Origin: an uncultured Bacilli bacterium | GTDB taxonomy: Bacteria; Bacillota_I; Bacilli_A; RFN20; CAG-631 | Direction: 5' to 3' | Length of the DNA stretch: 64,000 nt | Assembly (NCBI GenBank): GCA_947599835.1 | Contig: CANQFQ010000005.1 | Span: 1-64,000 of the forward strand | Shown here: one piece after another, positions 28,107-38,838 of the stretch | Layout of the letters: every line of letters starts with the position of its first letter | Numbering within the stretch: position 1 is the stretch's first letter | The notes under the pieces: generated by a model | Databases searched by the model: none | Told to the model about the DNA's origin: nothing | What the model saw: the letters and a program-made list of their open reading frames with translations, nothing else | Translations under genes and position numbers: made by a program

Positions 28107-28687
28107 AATGCACTGTACTCCTTTAGATAAATAGTATATTTCGCCTTTATAATAACCCCCCCCGCTTTATGTCAACTTAAAATTACATTTTTCGACATTG
28201 GTGTTACAAAAAGCATTCAAAGACCTTATATAGACTACATTTGGAAGCTATTCCATCCTCATTATTTTTAGAAAAAGCAACACAAAAAACGGAACTTTGG
28301 ATTCAAAAAGTGAATGCTTAGAACTCTATTTAATCATTAAAAAAATGACACTCATTGGCCTAGAATTGAGCGTATCATGGCTAGTGAAAGTATAGGTAAT
28401 CGCCTATAATCAAACGTAAGATTCTTATCAAAAAGCAAGTTTATTTTGTCTTATGATTTCTATTTAAATATACGATTATATCGGTAATTTTAAAAGTTTT
28501 CAAAATAACGTGTGCCTCATTTTTATGCATCAAAGAGGTCTATTCAAAACAATGATGAAATTCCTTCATCATAACCGCTATTTCCTTTTTTTTGAAGCAA
28601 TTTAATATCATGTTTTCCTTTTTTTTGAAGTTTTTTAGGCGTCTACTTGCCACTTTTTTGAAATTGTGATATTATTTCATTGTAAGG

Positions 28688-30004
28688 ATGGTGCTATTTA
28701 TGGAACGACAAGCTATGGAAAATCTAATCGATTGGAAACAAAATCATAAAGGAAAACCATTAATTATTTATGGCCCTAGGCAAGTAGGAAAAACTTATTT
28801 GGTTAGAGAATTTGCTAAAAAATTTTATGATAATATTTTTGAAATCAATTTTGAAATTGATGATAATGCTAATAAAATATTTGAAGATAATTTAACTATC
28901 AAACAACTTCTAAAGCGGTTATCGGCCTACGATGTTGATAATATCATCATTCCTAAAAGAACGCTTATATTTTTAGATGAAGTTCAAAAATGCCCAAGAG
29001 CAATAACAGCCTTAAAATCATTTGCACAAGATGGTAATTATGATGTCATTGCCTCTGGTTCCATGCTTGGTGTTACTTTAAATAGTGTATCATCCTATCC
29101 AGTAGGTTATGTTGAAACAATCTATTTAAAACCTTTGTCATTTAAAGAATTCTTATGGGCTAATAAATATAGTGATAGTCATGTTCAAGACCTCAAAGAA
29201 TATTATAAAAACGAACAAAAGGTACCCGAAGGATTACATAATATTTATAATAATTTATTTTTACAATATATTGTTGTTGGCGGTATGCCAGAAGTCGTAC
29301 AAACCTTTATAGAAACGAATAATATTGGATTAGTAGTTAAAAAACAACAATCTATTATTGATAGCTACAGCAAAGATATTGCTAAATATTCAACAAACTT
29401 AATCAAAGAAAGAGTTAGAGAATGTTATCATTCGATTCCTGATCAATTAGCAATGGATAATAAAAAATTCCAATATAAATTGCTTCAATCTGGAGGTAAA
29501 TCAAGTCGTTTTTATTCTAGTATCCAATGGATTGAAGATGCTGGGCTAATTAATAAAATATATCGTTTGAAAACATTTGATATTCCTTTAAGAGCCTATC
29601 AAGATAAGTCTTGTTTCAAATTATATTTCATGGATACAGGTTTATTACTAGCTATGTATGGTGGTAAAAATCTCCAAGGAAAGATATTAGCGGGTGAAAT
29701 AGGAATCTTTAAAGGAGCTTTGTTTGAAAATGTAATTGCTCAAATTCTTGTTGGTAATGGCTTAGTCCCTTATTATTATCGTCGTGATGATCGGTTAGAA
29801 ATTGATTTTGTAATTACACTAGATGATAAAATTGTACCAATTGAAGTAAAAGCAGGAACAAATACCAAATCAAAAAGTTTCATAAATATTATCGAGAAAC
29901 AAAACTTAGAATATGGAATCAAATTATCCATGAACAATGTGAATTGTACTAATCCAAAATATAAATGTTTTCCATTATATATGACCATGTTTATTAAAGA
30001 TTAA
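28688..30004 (+). CDS. AAA+ ATPase of the AAA_14/DUF4143 family
   Basis: Walker A 'IIYGPRQVGKTYL' and Walker B 'LIFLDEVQ', with a C-terminal DUF4143-like region. The true start may be the ATG at 28700 ('MERQAMENL'). Confidence 0.55.
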   Translation: MVLFMERQAMENLIDWKQNHKGKPLIIYGPRQVGKTYLVREFAKKFYDNIFEINFEIDDNANKIFEDNLTIKQLLKRLSAYDVDNIIIPKRTLIFLDEVQKCPRAITALKSFAQDGNYDVIASGSMLGVTLNSVSSYPVGYVETIYLKPLSFKEFLWANKYSDSHVQDLKEYYKNEQKVPEGLHNIYNNLFLQYIVVGGMPEVVQTFIETNNIGLVVKKQQSIIDSYSKDIAKYSTNLIKERVRECYHSIPDQLAMDNKKFQYKLLQSGGKSSRFYSSIQWIEDAGLINKIYRLKTFDIPLRAYQDKSCFKLYFMDTGLLLAMYGGKNLQGKILAGEIGIFKGALFENVIAQILVGNGLVPYYYRRDDRLEIDFVITLDDKIVPIEVKAGTNTKSKSFINIIEKQNLEYGIKLSMNNVNCTNPKYKCFPLYMTMFIKD

Positions 30005-30130
30005 ATATTTAAACTAAAGATGTATAATACAATATAAAAACCCATCGATTAAAAATGGGTTAATATCTAATGGTTCTTCTTTAATTAAGCCCAATGGCAA
30101 TCATCATTTGATGGTTATAATATAAAATTA

Positions 30131-30162
30131 AAACCAAGAGGTAGATATAGTGACCTCTTGGT
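30131..30162. terminator. bidirectional terminator between the AAA ATPase gene and the GH16 gene
   Basis: 10-bp perfect stem accaagaggt/acctcttggt with T-rich flanks on both strands. Confidence 0.55.
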
Positions 30163-30198
30163 TTTAATAAAAAGATTTGTCTAGTTAAATTCTTATTT

Positions 30199-31104
30199 TT
30201 ATTGGTAAACTCGCAAATAATCCACTTCCATCGTTTGGATGGAAAAATTCGCATCGATATTAAATCCTGGCCAATTTCCACCCACAGCAACATTAAATAT
30301 GAAATAAAAATCTCTCGTGAAAATGGGATTTGTATTGTTTTCAGTCATAATGTTTGCAGATACGGTAAGATGATCATCTACATAAAATTCCATTTTTTCA
30401 CTGGTCCATAACATTCCATAAGTGTGATATTCTTGTCGATTATCCACTATATAATAACTTTCATTCGTTCCTGGATAAAAGGCTTGTCCATCATTACTTT
30501 GCCAATGAATCGTGGAATAAACTTTATTTTCTGTATTAATGGCTTCCATAATATCAATTTCACCACAGGTAGGCCAATTCACTTCATCAATATTTGCACC
30601 AAGCATCCAAAATGCAGGCCAAATACCTGAAATGGACGGCAATTTTAAACGAGCTTCAACATAACCATAATGAAATTCATATTTATCTTTAGTGATAATT
30701 CTTGCCGATGTATAACTGCTATTTTGATAAAATTCTTTCTTGGCATTAATTTTTAAAGTGCCATCACTTACGCAAACATTTTCTTTTCGATAATATTGTT
30801 GCTCGTTATTTCCCCAACCCCAGTCGCCTGTTCCAATTTGATAAGACCATTTGCTTTCATCTAAATGATCCCCATCAAATTCATCCTGCCAAACTAATTG
30901 TTTTCCATGAGAAGTTAGGATGACATCACTACTTGAACTAGAACGACTCGAATCGTCAACAATACTTGAATCACTCGAAATATTTATACTACTTTCCTGT
31001 GTGGAAGATTGTGCTTTTTGAGATGAACTAATATGATTTTCTAAACGATTACAAGAAGATAAAGTTAAGAACATCAAAAGAAAGAATAAAGTTCTATGTT
31101 TCAT
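30199..31104 (-). CDS. GH16 beta-glucanase (laminarinase-like) lipoprotein
   Basis: Lipoprotein signal 'LTLSSC'. S-rich linker. GH16 catalytic motif 'GEIDIMEA' and 'WPAFWML'. Confidence 0.7.
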   Translation of the reverse strand: MKHRTLFFLLMFLTLSSCNRLENHISSSQKAQSSTQESSINISSDSSIVDDSSRSSSSSDVILTSHGKQLVWQDEFDGDHLDESKWSYQIGTGDWGWGNNEQQYYRKENVCVSDGTLKINAKKEFYQNSSYTSARIITKDKYEFHYGYVEARLKLPSISGIWPAFWMLGANIDEVNWPTCGEIDIMEAINTENKVYSTIHWQSNDGQAFYPGTNESYYIVDNRQEYHTYGMLWTSEKMEFYVDDHLTVSANIMTENNTNPIFTRDFYFIFNVAVGGNWPGFNIDANFSIQTMEVDYLRVYQ

Positions 31105-31115
31105 TTGATACTCCT

Positions 31116-32471
31116 TTAAAAGATAATTTTGCCATCTTCATCATCTGCATCAAAAAGATGGATTTTATTTAAATCAAAAGCAATTTTTATGGATTGTTGA
31201 TTCGTCGCATCTTTATCAGCATGAACTTTTGCAATGATTTCTTGATTTTCAAAAATTAAATGCAAATAATATTCATTTCCTAATAATTCAGCCACCTTGA
31301 TTTGGGCTGTGGCAAGATTACTTTTATTTTTTAAAGTATTCGCATCATTGCCACGAACAATATTTTCTGGGCGAATACCAAATAAAATATCATGTGGATT
31401 ATGAAGATAATGACGATAAGTTTCAATGCGTTCTTCTTGTTCTTTATTTTTATTTTCTAATTTTTTAAGCACTGCGATTTTTTTCTTATAATAGGTATCA
31501 TGTGCTCGAATAATTTTAGCAGGTAAAGTAATTTTAAAATTATTATTAAATACAAGCATACCATTTAAATAAGTGACTTTCATAATGTTCATCGCAGGGC
31601 TTCCAATAAACGTAGCCACAAAAACATTACTAGGATGATTATAAATGTCTTTAGGTGTACCAATTTGTTGGATATAACCCTTTTTCATTACCACAATTCG
31701 AGTAGCCATTGTCATCGCTTCGGTTTGGTCGTGTGTCACATAAATTGTCGTGGCTCCTAATTCATTATGAAGATTTACGATTTCACTACGCATTTGCACT
31801 CTTAATTTAGCATCAAGATTACTGAGAGGTTCATCCATTAAAAAGACTTTAGCATTTCTAACAATGGCCCTACCTAAAGCAACACGTTGACATTGTCCCC
31901 CTGACAAAGCCTTGGGTTTACGATCCAAGTATTCTTCAATTTGTAAGATTTTAGCTGCTTTTTGAATTCGTTGCTTAATTTCGGCCTTCGGTACATGTCG
32001 TACTTCAAGACCAAAAGCTAAATTATCATATACCGTCATATGTGGATATAATGCATAACTTTGAAAGACCATTGCGACATCTCGATCTTTGGGCTCTTTA
32101 TCATTTGCATACATGCCATCAATATAAAGATCCCCTGAAGTAATGTCTTCAAGACCAGCAATCATTCGAAGGGTCGTTGATTTACCACAACCTGAAGGAC
32201 CAACAAAGACAATAAATTCTTTTTCTTTAATTTCCAAATTAAAATCAAAAACAGCTTGCACATGATTAGAATAAATCTTATTTAAATGTTGTAAAGAAAT
32301 AAATGAGTCCGTAGGTGCTATTTTTTCTTCTTTTTTATGTTCTTTTTCATAAGCTACAACATTTTTGTAATGTAATTCTCTTTCTTTTTCTTTTCTTTTT
32401 TCTTCAATTGCCGCTGCTTTTCTTTTTTCTTTTGTCAATTTCTTTTCTTCTTTTGTTAATTTGTTTTTCAT
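31116..32471 (-). CDS. sugar ABC transporter ATP-binding protein (MsmK/MalK-like) with K/E-rich N-terminal extension
   Basis: Walker A 'GPSGCGKST', signature '[10 protein letters not shown]', Walker B '[11 protein letters not shown]' and a C-terminal MalK-type regulatory domain. Start chosen at the ATG at 32469-32471 with GGAGG 7 nt upstream. It is preceded by a ~60-aa K/E-rich segment. Confidence 0.8.
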   Translation of the reverse strand: MKNKLTKEEKKLTKEKRKAAAIEEKRKEKERELHYKNVVAYEKEHKKEEKIAPTDSFISLQHLNKIYSNHVQAVFDFNLEIKEKEFIVFVGPSGCGKSTTLRMIAGLEDITSGDLYIDGMYANDKEPKDRDVAMVFQSYALYPHMTVYDNLAFGLEVRHVPKAEIKQRIQKAAKILQIEEYLDRKPKALSGGQCQRVALGRAIVRNAKVFLMDEPLSNLDAKLRVQMRSEIVNLHNELGATTIYVTHDQTEAMTMATRIVVMKKGYIQQIGTPKDIYNHPSNVFVATFIGSPAMNIMKVTYLNGMLVFNNNFKITLPAKIIRAHDTYYKKKIAVLKKLENKNKEQEERIETYRHYLHNPHDILFGIRPENIVRGNDANTLKNKSNLATAQIKVAELLGNEYYLHLIFENQEIIAKVHADKDATNQQSIKIAFDLNKIHLFDADDEDGKIIF

Positions 32472-32472
32472 G

Positions 32473-33348
32473 TTAATCCTCCTCGATTTTATGATAAATG
32501 CGTACATATTCAACTTGCATCTTTGCTTCAGTAAAATCATCTGGTGGTAAAATATTACCATCAAAATTACCACCGACTGCCATATTTAGTAAAATATGAA
32601 AATCCCAATCAAAAGGTGCAGTTAAAGAATCTTCATCAGCCATAGAAAACCATTTTGGGCCTCGCGTAGTTTCATGATTATCCATGGTAAAAAATAATTC
32701 ATCATCCACATACCATCGCATTTCAAGTTCTTCCCATTCCAAAGCATAAATATGAAATTTTTCGATAGAATCATTATTATCTCTTATAATATGACTTCGT
32801 GTTTGATAGGTTGAAGAACCTATGGCTCCATAATGCAATGCAGCACTAGTCATATCTTTGACTCTGCCTCTAGCTTCCATAATATCAATTTCGCCTGAAC
32901 TTGCCCAACTACCATAAGGCGTATCGCTTTCAGGTAACATCCAAAAAGCTGGCCACATTCCTTGAATGGCAGGTAGTGCAATCATCGCTTCTATTCTACC
33001 ATATTTGGTATGCACTTTATTCGCCGTTGAAATTCTAGCTGAGGTGTAATTTTTTCCTTCTACCGTTTCTTTTTTTGCTTGGATAATCAATTTACCATCT
33101 TTTAAATAAAGATTTTCTTTTTGATAGTATTGCGCTTCATTATTTCCCCAACCAGGATTATTGTATGAAGACCCATCGCCTAACATATAATTCCAATATT
33201 CTTCATTCAGCGTTTCACCATCAAACTCATCTTCAAAAACAATTTCGTATCCTTCAGGAATCGGATGATTTTGATTTGAAGATTGTTTTTTATTTGTACA
33301 AGAAACAAGTAATAATCCAATACTTAATAAATAGAAATACTTTTTCAT
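32473..33348 (-). CDS. GH16 beta-glucanase lipoprotein (second copy)
   Basis: Lipobox 'LLVSC'. GH16 'GEIDIMEA' and 'WPAFWML'. Confidence 0.7.
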   Translation of the reverse strand: MKKYFYLLSIGLLLVSCTNKKQSSNQNHPIPEGYEIVFEDEFDGETLNEEYWNYMLGDGSSYNNPGWGNNEAQYYQKENLYLKDGKLIIQAKKETVEGKNYTSARISTANKVHTKYGRIEAMIALPAIQGMWPAFWMLPESDTPYGSWASSGEIDIMEARGRVKDMTSAALHYGAIGSSTYQTRSHIIRDNNDSIEKFHIYALEWEELEMRWYVDDELFFTMDNHETTRGPKWFSMADEDSLTAPFDWDFHILLNMAVGGNFDGNILPPDDFTEAKMQVEYVRIYHKIEED

Positions 33349-36300
33349 TTGCTAACCATCACATCAATTCTATGAATTTTGCCTTCTCGAATATCACTTG
33401 CTATATGAGAAGGAATGACTTCGTACACTTGTTGGTTGATTTGATAAGTTAATTTAATTTTATGATGATAGAAAACATCTAACATCTCTTCATTATGATA
33501 AACAATCGTACAAGTATTAAATAATTTAAAGCTCACTGTCTTATTTTCATCAAATAAATTTTTAGCTAAGGTAGGTTCTAAGACAAAACTTAATTGATGA
33601 TTTATCATCCTAAAAGGTTGCTTACCCACAAATAAATAACATAATATTTGCATAAATTCAGCATTTGCTCCAGTAAGTCTTGCAAAAAATCCTTGACCAT
33701 GTAATTTTGAATCTGGATTACAAGTAGGAACAATGAAAGAACTATTTTCTAATGGATTACGTCCATAAACTTTAGGATCCATAAAACAAGGTAAATTCGT
33801 TTTTATTTCTTGATAAAATTCCTTATCATAACCCGCACTGAGCAAACCTAACAAATATTTAAATGTCATGTGCAAGAAATTACATTCTCTTTCAAGCCAG
33901 CCCTTGGTGAAAGCATGGATTCTACCAATTTCAAAATTCGTATTTTCTAAAGATGCACATGTTTTATAAATTTTCAATCTTTTATCGAATAAATCGCTAT
34001 TTTTAATGGCGATATAATCTTTTTTAGAAAAGTATGCTTTACCTAATTTTAATAATCTAGCTGAAGCTTCTAAAAAAGGTGGAACTTGCTTCAACTGAAA
34101 AGCTTTCGGTTGAATGGTATGATGAGAAATATCATAATCGCTCATTTCATAATATAAATAGGTAGGAAGAATGCCATCTACACGATTTTCTTTTAATGTT
34201 TGAATTGATTTTTTCAGTAATTGAATAAATCGATGAAGCAACATTTGAATCTCAACGATAGAAATGGCGATTTTAGTTCCTTCAATACCCTCATAAATTT
34301 TTTTACGATATTTTTCTTTACTTGTAGCAACAAGATCCCAATAAGTAAAAGCATCGATTTTATTTTTTTCTTTTAAATTTAATGCTTTTTTAATTTCTTC
34401 AAGTAATTCAAATTGTTCTTCAAATAAGAAAATACTTTCTTTATCATAATTGCCTAACAATTGTAAAGTAAATTGAATCAATCTAAATAATTCGATAGTT
34501 TCAGATATTCCTGAACCAAATAAACCAGGAAGCCCGTTCATAGCATCATTCCAACCCGGTTTATCACATTCCATTTCGATACCTAATTGTAATGAATCTA
34601 AACTAGCAAAATTGATTAAAATAAGCCCTATGATTTTACTAATTAAAGGTAATTTTAAAATTTCATTTTGACTATTTCTTTGCCAATCTGTACCTGTTTT
34701 GACTTTTGGAAATTTAAGTGCATTATATTGCCTAATGCCATTATTTGCGGTTTTTACATATTTATCTTTTCTTGCTAGGATTTGTACATGACTATTAAAA
34801 TAAGGATATTCCTTATTTAATAAATCATTGATTTTATCGGGATAAATCGCATAATAATTTTGCAACAAATCCACATTATAAGTCCAATGATCAATCCAAT
34901 AGCCTTCAGAAAAATCAGCACAGATTTCTTGATAGCAATAGCTTAAAATTTGATTAAAATACGTATTCACTAAATGATTTTCTAAATCTTTAGCATCTTT
35001 TAATAAGGTATATAATTCACTTGGTTCAAAGCCCTTATGGAATAAAGAAATAATTTGATCCTTTAAGGAACTATCGATATTTTTTAATACTTCATCAAGA
35101 TTTACATTGTTTTTTAAGTAAAATTTCGGTGGTCTAACCGTTAGTGGATTTTTTCCATCTAAGCCAATTAATGAAAAGAAAATATCAATATTATATTCCT
35201 TTACAAAAGGATAAAAATATAAATCACTTCTACGATTTTGATTGACATCACGAAAGTTTCCACAACCGGATGAATAATATTTGGATGGAATTTCAAAAGA
35301 ATTGTAATCTCTTTCCATATCCCCATGTTTTCTTGAAAAAACATAGTAAATTTCTTGTTGACTTAATTGAATAGGAAAACCGCCCCTTAAATTATTATCT
35401 AAAAAACATTGTTTAGCATATAAATCAAATAAAGGATTACTAGTTTTCACATTTAAGGGTTGTAATAATGCATCTAATAAAGTTTCATTTTCCTTAAATG
35501 CAGCAGATAAACGAGCATAAGTGCTTTGCTTTGTTACATCTAAAAAGATATCCAAAGTATCAAACATTCCATACACAGTAATAAAAGAATAACTTTCATT
35601 AGGTTTTAATGTTTTCTTAACATAATTAAAAGCACATGGTAGTTTATTTTCATCTTGTTGTGCATAATTTAAAAAATCTGATTCTGCTAAATTTTTGAAT
35701 CTTAAAGGTTCAAGTAACGATTTGTCATTTCCAAAAATCATTTCTAAATCGACAATCGGATATAACTTATGATTGTCTTTATCTAGACTAATAAAACCGT
35801 TTCCAACGATTGTTTTACTTACTTCACTATGATCTGCAGTTGAAGTTTTAAATTTTACAAAGGGTGCCATGTTTGAACGATTAAAAATTTCACAATAAGC
35901 ACTCATTAATGAAACTAATTCTTTATAACAATAATTAGATAGTCCATGTGGAAAAAAGATAGGTAATCCATCTAAAACGGTAAAAGTTTCAGAATTGATC
36001 GATAAATTCTTAATCGTAACTTGACGAATTAATCCTGCATAATTTTGATGAGGAACGGTAGTATAACTCACTTCATAAGAAAACAAAGCATTCTTTTCTT
36101 GAATCGTTAGATAAGTATTCGTAAAACGCATTTTTTGCGTTTTATTTTTTTTAAAGAAAGGAGTATAAACTTTATTATTGACTTTAATAAAACTGCGAAA
36201 AGATTTGATTGGAATGTTTTGATAAGCTAAATTAGCACTATCAAAAGGAGTTATCGGTGTTTCTTTAGAATTAACCCCAAAGCCACCTAAGCATTGCCCA

Positions 36301-36431
36301 ACATTTGCATAAAATGCCCACAATGGTTTGCCATCGATACCTGCGATTGCAGGTAAAAAACTTGCAAATGTTTTAGCGTTTTGATAATCCTCAATCACAA
36401 ATTCTTTATTTTGAAAACTATAACTACTCAT
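33345..36431 (-). CDS. large cytoplasmic glycoside hydrolase/phosphorylase-like protein (possible beta-1,3-glucan phosphorylase of the GH94-related families)
   Basis: 1028 aa with no signal peptide, embedded between GH16 genes and the ABC transporter. The function is assigned by size and context only. Confidence 0.3.
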   Translation of the reverse strand: MSSYSFQNKEFVIEDYQNAKTFASFLPAIAGIDGKPLWAFYANVGQCLGGFGVNSKETPITPFDSANLAYQNIPIKSFRSFIKVNNKVYTPFFKKNKTQKMRFTNTYLTIQEKNALFSYEVSYTTVPHQNYAGLIRQVTIKNLSINSETFTVLDGLPIFFPHGLSNYCYKELVSLMSAYCEIFNRSNMAPFVKFKTSTADHSEVSKTIVGNGFISLDKDNHKLYPIVDLEMIFGNDKSLLEPLRFKNLAESDFLNYAQQDENKLPCAFNYVKKTLKPNESYSFITVYGMFDTLDIFLDVTKQSTYARLSAAFKENETLLDALLQPLNVKTSNPLFDLYAKQCFLDNNLRGGFPIQLSQQEIYYVFSRKHGDMERDYNSFEIPSKYYSSGCGNFRDVNQNRRSDLYFYPFVKEYNIDIFFSLIGLDGKNPLTVRPPKFYLKNNVNLDEVLKNIDSSLKDQIISLFHKGFEPSELYTLLKDAKDLENHLVNTYFNQILSYCYQEICADFSEGYWIDHWTYNVDLLQNYYAIYPDKINDLLNKEYPYFNSHVQILARKDKYVKTANNGIRQYNALKFPKVKTGTDWQRNSQNEILKLPLISKIIGLILINFASLDSLQLGIEMECDKPGWNDAMNGLPGLFGSGISETIELFRLIQFTLQLLGNYDKESIFLFEEQFELLEEIKKALNLKEKNKIDAFTYWDLVATSKEKYRKKIYEGIEGTKIAISIVEIQMLLHRFIQLLKKSIQTLKENRVDGILPTYLYYEMSDYDISHHTIQPKAFQLKQVPPFLEASARLLKLGKAYFSKKDYIAIKNSDLFDKRLKIYKTCASLENTNFEIGRIHAFTKGWLERECNFLHMTFKYLLGLLSAGYDKEFYQEIKTNLPCFMDPKVYGRNPLENSSFIVPTCNPDSKLHGQGFFARLTGANAEFMQILCYLFVGKQPFRMINHQLSFVLEPTLAKNLFDENKTVSFKLFNTCTIVYHNEEMLDVFYHHKIKLTYQINQQVYEVIPSHIASDIREGKIHRIDVMVSK

Positions 36432-36446
36432 TTTCGAATACCTTAA

Positions 36447-37874
36447 TTATTCTTTAATTGATGTAGCAATTAATGGATATTTTAAAGTTGGATAAGCATT
36501 TGCAGCTACATTCCAAATGGTTGTATCAAATGAAGCATAAGTAGCAACATCCTTTAATTCATCTGCCGTTTTTGTAAAACAATTGGTAACGCTTCCTAAA
36601 GGTGTTTCCCCACTTGATTGTTTAAGTTCTGGTAAATGTGTTTGCGTGAAATAAACTTCTCTTGCACTACTTTCATATGGTGTTTGTTCAAATTTAATAG
36701 CTAAACTATCTGCAATGGTTCCCCAAGTTTTTCCAGCAAAAGCATAAACACCATTGGTTTGACTTTGATTACTATCGATTTCTTTGCTTGATGTAGCAGA
36801 TACACTACCATCATCATTATATTGTTGAAGAATACGATCCACATTTGCAAATTTCCACCAAGGTTGATTGTTATCCGGAGCCGTTGCAGGATGATCCCAA
36901 CCATTTCCACTTTTACCAATATAATTTTCTGAATAATCCGTAAATTCATTAGGTACGAAAAGATTACTTGTTAGAGAAACAACATTTCGAATAACTCCGC
37001 TGCCAGCAACGATTCCAGCAACAGCACCCATATTGCAATCATTATCATAGAAATGTGTGCCCATTTGTGCACTACAAGTTTCAGTAACAATACAATTTTC
37101 AATCAAACCACTGCAATTACCGGCAATCACGCCAACAATGGTTCTTCCTCTAACTTTAATATTATCAAAACGCACATTACGAACAATGCCACTACTACCA
37201 ATAATTTGGAATAAACCAATATTATCTCCGTTTTGATGGCATTCTTCCTTAAATAAGCCATTATGATTGTAAACATCTTCAGATGAAATCGTTGAATTAC
37301 AATAATAAACTTGTGCATTTTTTACGGTATAACCATTTCCTTCTAAAATGCCATGGAAATAATCATTTCTAATATCTGTTTCTTCATAATATTTGCCTAG
37401 AGGTTCAAAATTAGAAATAGAGGATAAGTCAATATCATTACCTAACACATAAATTCCTTTAAGATTATTATTAATATCTTGAAATTCTTGTGCCGTTTTG
37501 ATTACTTTGGTTGCGATAATGGCAGGAATTTGCGTCCTTGAATTATCACTAAAAGTGACTTGAATCGTTTTTTCACCACTACCAATACTGGAAAAGAAAT
37601 CTTTAGAAATCGTTAAAATTCCATTTTTAAAATTAAAACTATCCTCTTCTGATTTTGCTCTACCACAACTTAATAAAGTAATTTTTTTGGATTTTTGATT
37701 TTCTAATTTTACCGAAACATTGCTAGGATTTGAAGTATCAAAAACGAGTTTTTCTTCATAAATGATATCCCCGCTATGAATGGTTGGCTTGTTATCATTT
37801 TTACTTTTATTACAACTTGCCATAGTTGTTAATAAAAATAAAGACATTATAATTGTAGATAATCTTTTTTTCAT
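36447..37874 (-). CDS. surface lipoprotein with parallel beta-helix-like repeats
   Basis: Lipobox 'TMASC'. Motif 'FHGILEGNGYTVKN' and G/N/V-rich repeats 'GIVAGSGVIRNV' suggest a right-handed beta-helix. Shares the 'DGNGYTI' motif with 41277-43718. Confidence 0.4.
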   Translation of the reverse strand: MKKRLSTIIMSLFLLTTMASCNKSKNDNKPTIHSGDIIYEEKLVFDTSNPSNVSVKLENQKSKKITLLSCGRAKSEEDSFNFKNGILTISKDFFSSIGSGEKTIQVTFSDNSRTQIPAIIATKVIKTAQEFQDINNNLKGIYVLGNDIDLSSISNFEPLGKYYEETDIRNDYFHGILEGNGYTVKNAQVYYCNSTISSEDVYNHNGLFKEECHQNGDNIGLFQIIGSSGIVRNVRFDNIKVRGRTIVGVIAGNCSGLIENCIVTETCSAQMGTHFYDNDCNMGAVAGIVAGSGVIRNVVSLTSNLFVPNEFTDYSENYIGKSGNGWDHPATAPDNNQPWWKFANVDRILQQYNDDGSVSATSSKEIDSNQSQTNGVYAFAGKTWGTIADSLAIKFEQTPYESSAREVYFTQTHLPELKQSSGETPLGSVTNCFTKTADELKDVATYASFDTTIWNVAANAYPTLKYPLIATSIKE

Positions 37875-37902
37875 ATTAAATATTTCCTCCTTATCCTTAT
37901 GA

Positions 37903-38838
37903 TTAACCTTTTAATCCGCCCACTGATGTGTTTTCCATAATGGTCTTAGAAAACATACAAAAGAGCAGCATAATTGGCAATAAAGTTAAAATAATCGTTG
38001 CAAATAACAAAGTATAGGTTCCTCTTTGTGTCATCGTATCGGTCATATATTTTAATCCGACAGCAATCGTAGGTTGTTCAGGCAAATAAATGGAAGGTGT
38101 TAAATAATCGTTCCATAACCCAATTAATTGAATAATCGAAATCGCAATAATGGGTCCTTTTGCCATGGGAACGATGATTCTAAAGAAAATTTTAAAATCA
38201 CTAGCCCCATCTACTTTAGCTGCTTCAACATAAGTCCACGAAAGATTCTTAAAGAAACTATACAGTAATAAAAAGTTCATGCCAAAGCCACCAGAATACA
38301 AAAATATACATCCTATGACTGTATCCGATAAGCCAAGCGCATCCATTAATTGAATTTGACTTGGTAAAGAGCCTACGATAGGTACAATTAAAGAAAAGAT
38401 GACAACACCAAAAATAATGTTTCTACCGAAAAATTTATATTTCGCAACGACATAAGCCGCAGCAGAACTGGTAAATACAGTCACAATTGTACCCACACCT
38501 GCAATAATAATACTCATTCCCATCATTTCGAAAATATTATAGTAACGCGTCGCAGCACTATTATAAGTAAAAGCATTTTCAAAATTTTCTAACGTCCAGG
38601 TTTCAGGAAGTCCAATAAAGTTTGTAGAAAATTCTGTTTGACTCTTTAAAGAGTTAATTAATATCCAAACAAATGGGAAAATAAATGAAATCGCAAAAAT
38701 GACAAAGATGATAAACATAATCAAAAATAGAACTTTTTCTGTCTTATGCCGTTTATATAAAATATCATGTTGCTTTTCATATTTTTCTTGTCTTTTTCTG
38801 GCTTTATAATTTATAAATTTCTCTTTGATCAAGTTCAT
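37903..38838 (-). CDS. carbohydrate ABC transporter permease (MalG/UgpE-like)
   Basis: Six TM segments and the EAA loop 'AAKVDGASDFKIFFRIIVPMAKGPI'. Confidence 0.8.
   Translation of the reverse strand: MNLIKEKFINYKARKRQEKYEKQHDILYKRHKTEKVLFLIMFIIFVIFAISFIFPFVWILINSLKSQTEFSTNFIGLPETWTLENFENAFTYNSAATRYYNIFEMMGMSIIIAGVGTIVTVFTSSAAAYVVAKYKFFGRNIIFGVVIFSLIVPIVGSLPSQIQLMDALGLSDTVIGCIFLYSGGFGMNFLLLYSFFKNLSWTYVEAAKVDGASDFKIFFRIIVPMAKGPIIAISIIQLIGLWNDYLTPSIYLPEQPTIAVGLKYMTDTMTQRGTYTLLFATIILTLLPIMLLFCMFSKTIMENTSVGGLKG

Noticed and set aside
28640-28690. Promoter call for the AAA_14 ATPase gene ('TGaTATTAT' extended -10 around 28660-28668)
   Set aside because: The -35 element is poor and several alternative AT-rich hexamers exist. 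It is too ambiguous to list as a feature.
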